The notes under the pieces: model-generated
Told to the model about the DNA's origin: nothing
Seen by the model: the letters and a program-made list of their open reading frames with translations, nothing else
The model's database searches: none
Made by a program: the position numbers and the translations under genes
Part shown: one piece after another, positions 10,479 to 19,759 of the stretch
Numbering within the stretch: the first letter of the stretch is position 1
Layout: every line of letters begins with the position of its first letter
Assembly: GCA_964479945.1 (NCBI GenBank)
Contig: CAYZNS010000001.1
Location: 11,493-75,492 of the forward strand
Source of the DNA: an uncultured Candidatus Saccharibacteria bacterium
GTDB taxonomy: Bacteria; Patescibacteriota; Minisyncoccia; Ryanbacterales; 2-02-FULL-48-12
Direction: 5' to 3'
Length of the DNA: 64,000 nucleotides

Positions 10479-10733
10479 CTACGCGCCAGTGGACTCATCT
10501 ACAAGCATGCGCGCCATATTGGAATCCTCCACTTCGAGAAAGCCGGAGGCAATTTTAAAATAATGGTCTTGATGCTTTGCGTCCGTAACTTTCACCACGC
10601 TGGACACAAGCGTGGAAATAAGCGGCCGATGATGATCCAACACGGTAATCTCACCGGAAGCGGTTTTACAATTGATACTCATCGCATCGCCGTGATAAAG
10701 CACGTGTTTGAGAGAATAGATGTTGAGTTTCAT
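10479..10733 (-). CDS. atpC: F-type ATPase epsilon-subunit-like protein (beta-sandwich domain only), orphan
   Basis: MKLNIYSLKHVLYHGDAMSINCKTASGEITVLDHHRPLISTL resembles the AtpC N-terminal domain. No other atp genes nearby. Confidence 0.4.
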   Translation of the reverse strand: MKLNIYSLKHVLYHGDAMSINCKTASGEITVLDHHRPLISTLVSSVVKVTDAKHQDHYFKIASGFLEVEDSNMARMLVDESTGA

Positions 10734-10950
10734 ATTCTTGATTTTATACTTTCATTATAGTATAGCCGGATAAAAAATCAACTGAAAGGAAGGATATTCC
10801 CGGTTCCGAAACACTGGCTCGCTCTTATGGCCTGTGGGAATAGTTGCATAATTCATCGAATCCCAAATTTAGACAAGAGAGTCGTTTTGATTGCGAGCAG
10901 ATTGCTGATCAAACAGGTTTTTCCGGCGTAAAGTCCGTAACCTCTACGGG

Positions 10951-10974
10951 ACTGTCAAACACTAAGTGTTTGAC
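10951..10974. promoter_or_regulatory. second copy of the palindromic motif (CTGTCAAACAC TAA GTGTTTGACA)
   Basis: 22 of 24 nt identical to the reverse complement of the copy at 3892-3916. Sits between speA and the atpC-like gene. Confidence 0.5.
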
Positions 10975-10995
10975 ATGAGTAAGGTTTTATGAGCA

Positions 10996-12369
10996 TCACC
11001 ATCCGAATAGTTTCCCGATATCTTCGGCCGTCTCACGTTTGCGGGCAACGGTTACAATGCCGTTTTGGATTACTATCTTAAGCGGCGAAGACAGCAGGCA
11101 ATGGTGCGAGGCGAACGCGTCTTGGTAAGCCGCTGTGTCAAAAATAGCGATATATAAATCTTCCCCGTGATCCAGATTCTCCAACCGTGGCAAGAGCACA
11201 TAGCCATCGCGTGCGGTATATTTATCGTCCGAGTCGCACGAGAGGCCGGCAAGCCAGACGCGGTTTTTCTTTTTGGCATCCATAATATTCGCCGGCACGA
11301 TATGCCACTTTTGATGCAGCGCCCACGTGTCTAGTAAATCGTTCATAAAACTCCCATCTATAATGTACCAAAACCGCGCCAACCCCTTAGGAACTTCCTT
11401 GGAAGAGACTATTTTAAACACCGTAATTTGCGCCGGCGCTATCACGTGCCGTCCCCATTCCACTATGATATGCGGATGCGGTATGCCAGCATCATCGGCA
11501 AGCCTTTTTAGGGTCTGCACAATCCGCCCAGAAACGGCATCCGCGCTATAGAGCCGTTTTTTTTCATACGGCACGGCGAAGCCGCCCCCTAGGTCTATGG
11601 TATCCAGCGCCGGATGCACCGCACGCAATTTTTTATACACGTCAAACGCTTCTTTGAGCGCCCGTATAATATCCTCTCCCCGCTCAATCTGCGACCCAAT
11701 ATGATAATGAAGTATCTTAAAATTCCGTATCTTTCCGAGCTCCAACAACTCTTCCGCCGTAAGTCCGAACCGGTCTGCCTTTTTGTCCCAGTGCGATTTT
11801 ACTTTTGTTTCCAGATTGATGCGAATGCCTACATCTCCGCGGAATTCCTTAAACAAATCAAGTTCCTGTAAGTCCTCAATAATGGGCACAATGCGCAGCT
11901 GTTTTTCCCACATGCGGAATATCAAGTCAACATACGCGCGCGTTTTGGGGCCGTTGCAAAGCACGCGGATGTTCTGATGCACAGCATCCCCTTCCCACAG
12001 TTTCCGCACCAGCGTAAGCTCGTTTACCGACCCTACTTCCAGATGCGCCCCTTCCGACACCAGCGGCAGAACCGCCTCTTTATTCTGATTTACTTTCATG
12101 GGATAGTGGTAAAAAAATTTTCCCTTGTAACCCGTGCGTTTGATGTGTCCGTTGAATAGTTCGTAAAGCTTGTTGAGACGCTCCTCTATTACGAATGGCA
12201 TAAATATCTCCAGCGACGAGCCGAATTTGCGCGCCAGATCATGCACGTTGTACTGATAATGCCCTTCACGGATGATAAGATCGCCGTCCTTGTTGACGTC
12301 AAACATATCGGTACCCACTTCGCGGTTACCAAGCTTCCAGGACTGCTTCACCAATTTTGACGCGGTCAT
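10996..12369 (-). CDS. speA: biosynthetic arginine decarboxylase (PLP fold-III decarboxylase)
   Basis: HYHIGSQI motif and N-terminus MFDVNKDGDLIIREGHYQYN typical of SpeA. Track ORF extends to 12429; an ATG at 12369 avoids overlap with the neighbouring gene. Confidence 0.8.
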   Translation of the reverse strand: MTASKLVKQSWKLGNREVGTDMFDVNKDGDLIIREGHYQYNVHDLARKFGSSLEIFMPFVIEERLNKLYELFNGHIKRTGYKGKFFYHYPMKVNQNKEAVLPLVSEGAHLEVGSVNELTLVRKLWEGDAVHQNIRVLCNGPKTRAYVDLIFRMWEKQLRIVPIIEDLQELDLFKEFRGDVGIRINLETKVKSHWDKKADRFGLTAEELLELGKIRNFKILHYHIGSQIERGEDIIRALKEAFDVYKKLRAVHPALDTIDLGGGFAVPYEKKRLYSADAVSGRIVQTLKRLADDAGIPHPHIIVEWGRHVIAPAQITVFKIVSSKEVPKGLARFWYIIDGSFMNDLLDTWALHQKWHIVPANIMDAKKKNRVWLAGLSCDSDDKYTARDGYVLLPRLENLDHGEDLYIAIFDTAAYQDAFASHHCLLSSPLKIVIQNGIVTVARKRETAEDIGKLFGW

Positions 12370-12455
12370 AGATAGTGTTATGGCATATTCGGCTGGTTGA
12401 CGCAATACGCAAACCCGTGCATAATGCAAGAAGTTTATTCTTTGAGGAGGTTACA

Positions 12456-13634
12456 ATGAAAACATATCCGTGCGGCTCCCCCATGCCATCATCCTTTGAC
12501 ACACAAAATTCCGCGACGGAAAAATTAATGGGAAAACCCATTACTGGCAAACCAGTAACAGAGTGCGGCACTCTTGATGATATTTTTCGCCATTGTTTTC
12601 CTGCCTTTGGCGGCGCGCTTCTTCGTAAATTCTATACCATTTCCTCGATGGCAATCCAAAACAACGCGCGGCTCGTGATATCGTTTGCGGGACCTATTAC
12701 CGTATCAGACGCGCACCGAATTTGGCTTAATCCACTTCTTGAGACTGGATGGGTTGCTTACATAGCTGCCGCAGACGCAGTTTGCTACCATGATGCACAC
12801 GACCTTGTACGCAGATTTACAGAGCGTCCTATTCGGGAAGTACATATGCATGGTAATGACAGCGCTCACCGGAACGCAGGAATCATTCGCGTTACTAATA
12901 CCGGTTTCGCCGAAGAACTCCTCTATGAAACAGATGCATTTCTCAATACGATCCTCGAGAAGCCGCAGTTTCAGAAAAGCATGACTACTACGGAACGAAA
13001 CTATGAGTTGGGAGTGGAATTTGGAAAGCGCGAAAAAGAAATTGAAGCGCGACCGGGCCTTCTGAGCACATGTGCCCGGCACGGTATACCTGTATTTATC
13101 GCCGCGCCAGCAGACGGAAGTGTATTTTTGGAACATGTAAAAATGTGGGCGCTCGGCAAGACATCCTTCACCCAACCATATCGTTTTCGCTACAACCTGG
13201 AAGAAGATGTTTTTGAAGCATGCGCATATCATTACTGGGGACTTCACAGTAAAGAAATATCGGGTTTTTGCGCATTCTTAGGAGGAGGTGGCGCAAATAA
13301 AAATTACATTCTTCAGCCGGAACCCGCTCTTTCTCAAATATTTGGGATTCCCGACGTACGCGGGTATGATTACGATGTGCAGATTGTTTCTTCTCCTGAA
13401 ACCGATGGCAGTCTTACTTCTTGCCCTCCTGCTGAAGCGGTAACATGGGGAAAAGTCAATCAAGAAACATATGAAGGAACTACCGTGAGCGTACCAGGAG
13501 ATTACTCTATGTTCATGCCCTTTATTATAAAAGCTCTCATAGACACGTTGACGCCAAAACCACAACTACGACTCTATGATCGGCGAAATCTCCTAAAGGA
13601 AAGTCTGTTAAAAATAGTCGCCAACATTATATAA
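12456..13634 (+). CDS. deoxyhypusine synthase-like protein (DHS family)
   Basis: FLGGGGANKNYI...ETDGSLTSCPPAEAVTWGKV matches the conserved DHS C-terminal motif (..DGS...P.EAVSWGKI). GAGGAGG RBS 6 nt upstream of the ATG at 12456. Confidence 0.75.
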   Translation: MKTYPCGSPMPSSFDTQNSATEKLMGKPITGKPVTECGTLDDIFRHCFPAFGGALLRKFYTISSMAIQNNARLVISFAGPITVSDAHRIWLNPLLETGWVAYIAAADAVCYHDAHDLVRRFTERPIREVHMHGNDSAHRNAGIIRVTNTGFAEELLYETDAFLNTILEKPQFQKSMTTTERNYELGVEFGKREKEIEARPGLLSTCARHGIPVFIAAPADGSVFLEHVKMWALGKTSFTQPYRFRYNLEEDVFEACAYHYWGLHSKEISGFCAFLGGGGANKNYILQPEPALSQIFGIPDVRGYDYDVQIVSSPETDGSLTSCPPAEAVTWGKVNQETYEGTTVSVPGDYSMFMPFIIKALIDTLTPKPQLRLYDRRNLLKESLLKIVANII

Positions 13635-13728
13635 CTCTCCCGAGCCGCACCCATGCGGCTCTTTTCTTTTCAAATACTCGCCGAGATGCTATGAATATAT
13701 CCAGATCATCTTTAAGAAGGAGAATAGT

Positions 13729-14730
13729 ATGGCTACTCGCATGCCCGCAGAATGGGAACCGCACAAAGCAACATGGATGGCATTCCCGCATAATAGGGGG
13801 GACTGGCCCGGAAAATACGAAGCGGCCTTACAAACGTGGGTTGAGATCGTACGTGTTCTTTCAGAACACGAACCGGTAAACATTCTCGTTTCTACAAAAC
13901 ATGAAGATCGGTGTGTCGCGATACTTCGCGAGAATCACGCTTTGGATTATCTCAATATCGCGCTCTATAATTTCCCCACCGACCGTTCGTGGGTACGAGA
14001 TACCGCGCCTATTTTTACCGAAACTGCCGCCATCCTGTTTCAATTCAATGGCTGGTCAAAATATAAAAACCACAAGCAAGACGCGCGCGTAGCGGCAAGA
14101 ATTTGCCATTTTGCGAACACCCTGCCGGTTGTTACAGCAGAGTATTGCGGTAACCGGGTGGTGCTGGAAGGCGGCGCGATTGATGTCAATGGTGCAGGCA
14201 TGCTCATGGCTACCAAAGAATGCCTGCTTTCAAAAGTGCAAGAACGAAACGCCGATATAACACGCGAGGGGTATGAGTATCTCTTTGAACACTATCTGGG
14301 AATTAACCGCGTCATCTGGCTCGAAGGCGGTATAGAAAGCGACGACACGCATGGCCATATTGATGACGTTGCGCGGTTTGTGGGACCGAACACCGTACTT
14401 GCCGCCATAGAACACAATACCGCAGATCCAAACCATGCTGTCCTTGCGAAGAATCTCGAAATTCTCCATGACGCGGGTCTTACGGTGTGCCAAATTCCCA
14501 TGCCGTCGCCTGTGTATTACAATGGAGAGCGGCTTCCTGCAAGTTACTGCAATTTCTATGTCGCGAATGAAGTTGTGCTCGTTTGCGTATTTAACGATAA
14601 CATGGATTCCGTTGTGATATCCATTATCAAAGAATGCTTCCCCGACCGCAAAGTCATCGGTATCTATTGCCGTGACTATGTGCTTGGGCTAGGAACCATT
14701 CATTGCTCAACAATGCAACAGCCAGCATAA
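13729..14730 (+). CDS. aguA: agmatine deiminase
   Basis: MATRMPAEWEPHKATWMAFPHN, WVRDTAP, GGAIDVNG and a C-terminal Cys (IHCSTMQQP) typical of the agmatine/peptidyl-arginine deiminase family. Confidence 0.85.
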   Translation: MATRMPAEWEPHKATWMAFPHNRGDWPGKYEAALQTWVEIVRVLSEHEPVNILVSTKHEDRCVAILRENHALDYLNIALYNFPTDRSWVRDTAPIFTETAAILFQFNGWSKYKNHKQDARVAARICHFANTLPVVTAEYCGNRVVLEGGAIDVNGAGMLMATKECLLSKVQERNADITREGYEYLFEHYLGINRVIWLEGGIESDDTHGHIDDVARFVGPNTVLAAIEHNTADPNHAVLAKNLEILHDAGLTVCQIPMPSPVYYNGERLPASYCNFYVANEVVLVCVFNDNMDSVVISIIKECFPDRKVIGIYCRDYVLGLGTIHCSTMQQPA

Positions 14731-14770
14731 CACCAAAATCATCCTCCGACGAGCATCGGAGGACCTTTTT

Positions 14771-15184
14771 TTATTTCCCTTCTTCGCGGATTCTTCCCTT
14801 TCGGAAAAAACGTGCTGCTTTTGCCACTGTTGCATTCTTTTTTGCCTGCCGCGCGCCTTTTATGATACCGGCGCTTCGTTTTCCCTTTAGTTTTTTAACT
14901 TCCCGCGTTATTTCATTCTGTAGAATATCAACCGCTTCCTGAAACGTCTCGCCGCGCGCCTCCGCCCGCAGCACGTTGCGCCCCATGCGCAGCGTTGCCT
15001 CCGCATCCCATACCAGTCCTTTCCGATGGTGTCGCGACTCTTTCCCCACCTCAATGGCTAAAGCAGAAGCCAGCGTATTTATGTTTCCCAGCACTTTTTG
15101 CAGCGGAAATACAAGCTTCTCCTCTGCATATACTTTCATGGCATCCGAAAACGCAACGTTCTTTGATTTGATTGTTGTTTTCAT
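14771..15184 (-). CDS. hpf: ribosome hibernation promoting factor (RaiA/HPF family) with basic C-terminal tail
   Basis: MKTTIKSKNVAFSDAMKVYAEEKL... matches the S30AE/HPF fold, with a Lys/Arg-rich tail. Confidence 0.8.
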   Translation of the reverse strand: MKTTIKSKNVAFSDAMKVYAEEKLVFPLQKVLGNINTLASALAIEVGKESRHHRKGLVWDAEATLRMGRNVLRAEARGETFQEAVDILQNEITREVKKLKGKRSAGIIKGARQAKKNATVAKAARFFRKGRIREEGK

Positions 15185-15250
15185 ACTGTAATGGTATCAT
15201 CCCCGCCGTAAAATAAAACCCCCCGCTTAGGCAGGAGGTTTCCAAGGAGA

Positions 15251-15316
15251 CTAGCGGCGGCGCTTCTTTGCCGTCTTCTTCGCTGTCTTCTTAGCAGCCT
15301 TTCTTTTCTTTGCCAT
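15251..15316 (-). CDS. candidate 21-aa Lys/Arg-rich peptide (MAKKRKAAKKTAKKTAKKRRR)
   Basis: ATG...TAG ORF between hpf and an AT-rich promoter-like stretch. Not in the ORF track (<60 aa). Composition resembles the HPF tail. Confidence 0.2.
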   Translation of the reverse strand: MAKKRKAAKKTAKKTAKKRRR

Positions 15317-15457
15317 GGTTTGGAAATTCTTATAGAGAACATTGTTTAAATCGACCTTTGTGAAACTTACTAAATTTTTACTGCAAAAATATTTTTTGAA
15401 AATAATTTTCACAGCTTATATGTATTATTACATAAATAAAAATTAAAAAAATTATTT

Positions 15458-16435
15458 TTATGCGAAAGGTGTGGATAAATATTGTATCTCTTCTTCAAGC
15501 ATGATTCCAAATTTTCTGTGCACTCTTTCTTTTAGTAACGCAATAAGCATTGCAACGTGTTCCGCCGTTGCGGCGCCATCGTTCACCAAAAAATTCGCGT
15601 GCTTTAATGAAACAGAAACGCCGCCTATCTTTTTTCCTTTCAAGCCGGCTTGTTCAATAAGAAAACCGGCGGAAAGCATGCGGGCGCGGTTTTCAAACAT
15701 CCAGCACGAAGTATCACCTTTTTGAAACCGCGCATCATGCGATTGCATAAGCGATATGGTTTCATTTGTAATAGGAATACCCTTGAACGTGCTGCCCATC
15801 GTGCGCGCGCCGATTGCCTGCTCGGCAACACGTTCGCGCATCATCTGCTTGATCCATGCCTGTCGCTCCTTCTTTTCTTTATCGGAGATGCGCTTGAGCT
15901 TCAAAGTAGCCCCAAGAATAATGAAGTCCTTATTTCTTTTGAAAATACTTTCACGGTAAGCAAATTTACATTCTGTAACTCGTAACTCGTAACTCGTAAC
16001 TCGAGGAATATCAAATACTTTAACTGATTCAATTACATCTTTTATCTCGCCGCCGAAACAGCCCGCGTTGCCATACACCGAGCCGCCGATTGTTCCGGGA
16101 ATGCCTACAGCCCACTCAAAACCGGAACGATTATGTTCCAATGCAAATAATGCCGCCTGCGCCATGGACACGCCAGCGCCGGCGCGCAGCGCATCGCCTT
16201 CAAGCGAAATGCCATTCAGGCGCATGCGTATAACTAAGCCGCCAAAACCGGCATCGGACACAAGAACATTGGAACCCGCGCCCAGCACCGCAACAGGAAT
16301 CTGCTGCTCCGCCGCCCATGCAACGACTTCTTGCAATTCGCGTTGCGACTTTACTTCAGCAAAAAAACGAGCAGGTCCGCCTACTTTAAGATGGGTATAA
16401 GGCGCCAAGGAAATATTTTCTTGAATAAGCGTCAT
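15458..16435 (-). CDS. murB: UDP-N-acetylenolpyruvoylglucosamine reductase
   Basis: FAD-binding N-domain (HLKVGGPARFFAEV..., AVLGAGSNVLV) and MurB C-domain (GGVSVSLKHANFLVN). Confidence 0.85.
   Translation of the reverse strand: MTLIQENISLAPYTHLKVGGPARFFAEVKSQRELQEVVAWAAEQQIPVAVLGAGSNVLVSDAGFGGLVIRMRLNGISLEGDALRAGAGVSMAQAALFALEHNRSGFEWAVGIPGTIGGSVYGNAGCFGGEIKDVIESVKVFDIPRVTSYELRVTECKFAYRESIFKRNKDFIILGATLKLKRISDKEKKERQAWIKQMMRERVAEQAIGARTMGSTFKGIPITNETISLMQSHDARFQKGDTSCWMFENRARMLSAGFLIEQAGLKGKKIGGVSVSLKHANFLVNDGAATAEHVAMLIALLKERVHRKFGIMLEEEIQYLSTPFA
15975..16002 (-). repeat. (GTAACTC)x4 heptanucleotide tandem repeat inside the murB coding sequence
   Basis: Four perfect heptamers read directly from the sequence. 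They encode ...RVTSYELRVTE... in MurB. Confidence 0.8.
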
Positions 16436-16452
16436 ATTCTTATAATATCAAA

Positions 16453-16471
16453 ATCCCGCAGAAAGCGGGAC
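16453..16471 (-). terminator. GC-stem hairpin (CCCGC-AGAAA-GCGGG) followed by a T-run on the minus strand
   Basis: Stem-loop read from the sequence. Minus-strand sense is AGTCCCGCTTTCTGCGGGATTTTGAT. Confidence 0.5.
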
Positions 16472-16610
16472 TTTGAAGGAACCGGCGGAGTAAGACCCCA
16501 ATCTACATCAATGTGGGTACTGCCGCCGATCCCATAGATATAGTAACAGATAAGATTGGATTAGAGAACAACCATTCAGAACTCTGCGTAAGCAAGCATT
16601 TCAACACAAA

Positions 16611-16629
16611 ATCCCGGTGAAACCGGGAC
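16611..16629 (-). terminator. GC-stem hairpin (CCCGG-TGAAA-CCGGG) followed by a T-run, downstream of the epimerase gene
   Basis: Same hairpin as at 16453-16471, with compensatory stem changes. Minus-strand sense ends ...GGGATTTTGTGTTG. Confidence 0.5.
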
Positions 16630-16701
16630 TATGTGCGATGTAGATATTCCTATTATACGCATTGATACAAAAAAGTCAAGAACAGCCGTGTATACCATGC
16701 T

Positions 16702-17658
16702 CTACACCCTCCGGTTCTCAAACCACGCAACCGTCCGTTTTAATCCTTCTTCAAATGATATATGCGGCTCATAACCAAGCAATTCTTTTGCTCTGGAAAT
16801 ATCCGCATGCGTATGACGTACATCACCCTGCCTCGGCGGGCGCTTCTCTGCGTCAATTTTTCGGCCGGTATACGCCTCTAGCAGTTTTTTTACTTCGTTT
16901 ACGTTTCTGCGCTCGCCGTGCCCAACGTTGCATGCCTCGCCCCGCAGCTTCTTTTTTGACTCCATTGCCAATATGTTAGCAAACACTACATTGTCTACAT
17001 AACAAAAATCCCTTGACTGGTTGCCATCACCCTCAAGAAATGCTTTTTTCTTTTTGGGGAAATACAATGCTTCCAACAAAGCTGAAATAACGGTTGAGTA
17101 GGAAGAATCTCCGTATTGGCCCGGCCCGAAAACATTAAAATAGCGAAGGCATACGGTATCAAGACCGTGTAATTCGCTAAACATGCCGCAAAACGACTCA
17201 CCCGCGTATTTCTGCAGCGCATACGGCGACTTGGGACAAGGATTATTCTCCGACTCCTTCGTCGGCAGTTTTTTAGCGCCACCGTATACGGAAGAGGAAG
17301 AAGAATATATAAATCGTTTAACCTTATGCTTTTTTGAAGCTTCCAATAGAGCCACGGTTCCTACGATATTAACTTCGCTGGTGCGGCGCGGATACTCCAC
17401 TGAATATGATACGCGCGGGATCGCGGCGAAGTGAAACACGTACGCGGGCTTATGCCGCGAGAATATGCGCTCTATGAGTTCCTCGTCCAATATGGACCCT
17501 TCATAAAAACGCGCGGCAGGATCAAGCAGCTCCTTGCGTCCCGTGGAGAAATCGTCAATGCCGATACCATTGATTTTTGGAAATCGTTTCCTAAATTCTT
17601 TGGTAAAATTACTCCCTATGAATCCGGCGCAGCCGGTAACTAAAATGGATCTGGCCAT
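16702..17658 (-). CDS. NAD-dependent nucleotide-sugar epimerase/dehydratase (extended SDR)
   Basis: [14 protein letters not shown] Rossmann motif, YxxxK region, WbpP/GalE-like. Confidence 0.8.
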   Translation of the reverse strand: MARSILVTGCAGFIGSNFTKEFRKRFPKINGIGIDDFSTGRKELLDPAARFYEGSILDEELIERIFSRHKPAYVFHFAAIPRVSYSVEYPRRTSEVNIVGTVALLEASKKHKVKRFIYSSSSSVYGGAKKLPTKESENNPCPKSPYALQKYAGESFCGMFSELHGLDTVCLRYFNVFGPGQYGDSSYSTVISALLEALYFPKKKKAFLEGDGNQSRDFCYVDNVVFANILAMESKKKLRGEACNVGHGERRNVNEVKKLLEAYTGRKIDAEKRPPRQGDVRHTHADISRAKELLGYEPHISFEEGLKRTVAWFENRRV

Positions 17659-17811
17659 ATATCAATAACCGTGAATTACAAAATATCTTTCTTTGAATTA
17701 CGAAATGTATTATTTGACATCTTGAATGTGCCGAGCCGGGCTATCCACAACACCTTTGGTGTGTGTAGAGCCCAACTAGTTACATTCCTTGCCGCATTTC
17801 GTAATTCACTG

Positions 17812-18753
17812 TCAATAAAGCGCATTTTTAAAATATTCTATTGTTTTCTGCAACCCTTCATCCAATGAAACTGACGGCTGCCATTGCAGTTTCTCCTTTG
17901 CGAGCGCAATGTCCGGCTTTCGGCGGCGCGGATCGTCTTCGGGCAATTCCTTAAACATAATGTTTGACTTGGATCCGGTTAGAGAAACGATTTTCTCCGC
18001 AATCTCCACTATAGCAAGCTCTTCCGGATTACCCATATTCACTGGTCCGACATACCTGCTGTTCATGAGACGGCAGAGACCGTCCCTCATATCAGAAACA
18101 TAACAAAACGAGCGCGTTTGCCGGCCATCTCCATAGATCGTTATATCCTCGCCGCGCAGCGCCTGCACAATGAAATTGGATACCACCCGGCCGTCATTTT
18201 GCGCCATCCGCGGTCCGTAGGTGTTAAAAATTCTGGCCACCCGGATGTCCACGCCATGATTCCGGTGATATTCAAAAAACAGCGCTTCCGCAATTCTCTT
18301 CCCCTCATCGTAACACGCCCGCTGTCCGATTGGATTCACGTTACCGTTGTAACTCTCCGTTTGTGGATGGACAAGCGGATCTCCATACACTTCCGAAGTA
18401 GACGCCTGCAAAATCCGCGCCCCGTGCTTTTTTGCAAGCCCGAGCATAGTAATGACGCCGATAGTATTTACTTTGATCGTCCGTATGGGATTTGCCTGAT
18501 AGTGGATCGGGGAGGCGGGACATGCCAGATTATAAACCCGGTCTATTGCTTCTTCTTCAAAGTATACCGGGTCAACAATATCTTTTTGAAGAAACCGGAA
18601 TCTTTCATTCTCTACTAGATGCGCAATATTCTTTTTGCTGCCCGTAAGCAGATTATCTATGCCGATTATACGGCAATCTTCATGCTCCAAAATATAATCG
18701 CACAAATGGCTGCCGATAAAGCCGGCGCAGCCGGTTACCAAAATCGTTCTCAT
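17812..18753 (-). CDS. UDP-glucuronate decarboxylase (UDP-xylose synthase-like)
   Basis: [22 protein letters not shown]...[16 protein letters not shown] typical of UXS. ATG at 18753 forms an ATGA overlap with the ugd stop. Confidence 0.8.
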   Translation of the reverse strand: MRTILVTGCAGFIGSHLCDYILEHEDCRIIGIDNLLTGSKKNIAHLVENERFRFLQKDIVDPVYFEEEAIDRVYNLACPASPIHYQANPIRTIKVNTIGVITMLGLAKKHGARILQASTSEVYGDPLVHPQTESYNGNVNPIGQRACYDEGKRIAEALFFEYHRNHGVDIRVARIFNTYGPRMAQNDGRVVSNFIVQALRGEDITIYGDGRQTRSFCYVSDMRDGLCRLMNSRYVGPVNMGNPEELAIVEIAEKIVSLTGSKSNIMFKELPEDDPRRRKPDIALAKEKLQWQPSVSLDEGLQKTIEYFKNALY

Positions 18754-19745
18754 AGTTCTTTTACCTTTTTCCCTTTTCCTTTTATCTTTCGTTCTATCCA
18801 TTCCCGATCATGCACGCTCACATCTTCCACGGTAAGCCCCTGTGTTTGCAATAGCGCTTCATTATATTCCCATAATGCATCCAGAAATTTCACCAGCTTC
18901 TCAAAACGCTTACGCATCGGATCCCTGCGGGGTGTTTGTTTCAATAACGCTTTTGCCTGCGCGCGAAACGCGCTGACATCTTTTGGAAAGCACGCGCCGC
19001 CAAATCCGCGGTAGAGGTTGTGCTCTACGTCCAGCCATGCGTCCCCAATGCGGCTGTCGTGGGCAAGTATGCCGCGCACATTGCGGTAGTCAACGGCAGC
19101 CGCTATACCATCTTTTGCAAGCGGCCGTTGAGCCGCCTCGCATATATCCGCAAGCATATTGGCGTAACTTACCTTCAATGCGCCGAAGACGTTGCTAGCG
19201 TATTTTCCCATCTCGGCTTCCGTGGCAGTAATACGGACGAAATTATACGTGCCGAGCGTGCCGGGCGAAGAAAAAAACGCCTGCGGAAGCATGGTGAGAA
19301 TCGGTAACGCATGGCTTTTGGAAGAAGCGGTAAATCCCACCACCTGCCGGTCCGGCCGGATGGTATCTTCCCACGCGCGGGATTCCGTAAGAAATTCCGG
19401 ATTAAACAACAGCATGTGCTGCGGATATTCTTTCTGCAGGCGTTCGGTCGTCCCCGGCGGCACCGTGGATTTTACCACTATCACCTTGCCGCCCGTAAAT
19501 ATCTTTATCACACTCTCAATGGCCGACGTGTCACACGCGCCATCCTGCTTTGAAGCGGGCGTCGGCAGGCATAGAAACACGACATCCGCCGCATCAAGAT
19601 TATCGCGCATCTTCTTTGCAGGATCTTTGTCGTACACAAACAAATCCCCGCCGCGCGCATACCCGCGCGCTTCTTCGAAATACCGCTTGAGCTGGCTTCC
19701 GACCATGCCGATACCCGCGATACCGATTTTTATTTTGGGTCCCAT
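18750..19745 (-). CDS. ugd: UDP-glucose 6-dehydrogenase-family protein (short form)
   Basis: N-terminal [11 protein letters not shown] Rossmann motif and catalytic-Cys motif [10 protein letters not shown]. Shorter than canonical Ugd (331 aa). Confidence 0.7.
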   Translation of the reverse strand: MGPKIKIGIAGIGMVGSQLKRYFEEARGYARGGDLFVYDKDPAKKMRDNLDAADVVFLCLPTPASKQDGACDTSAIESVIKIFTGGKVIVVKSTVPPGTTERLQKEYPQHMLLFNPEFLTESRAWEDTIRPDRQVVGFTASSKSHALPILTMLPQAFFSSPGTLGTYNFVRITATEAEMGKYASNVFGALKVSYANMLADICEAAQRPLAKDGIAAAVDYRNVRGILAHDSRIGDAWLDVEHNLYRGFGGACFPKDVSAFRAQAKALLKQTPRRDPMRKRFEKLVKFLDALWEYNEALLQTQGLTVEDVSVHDREWIERKIKGKGKKVKEL

Positions 19746-19759
19746 TAAAAATTATTACT

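Noticed and set aside
16476-16606. tRNA or other known RNA family in the murB-epimerase spacer
   Set aside because: No cloverleaf could be drawn (no acceptor/T-arm pairing, no GTTC-type T-loop). It is kept only as an unclassified candidate sRNA in the findings.
16449-16630. Possible minimal CRISPR array (two ~24-nt direct repeats with a ~135-nt spacer)
   Set aside because: There are only two repeats and they are not identical. They differ by compensatory stem mutations, which points to selection on hairpin structure rather than repeat identity. The spacer length is atypical and there are no cas genes.
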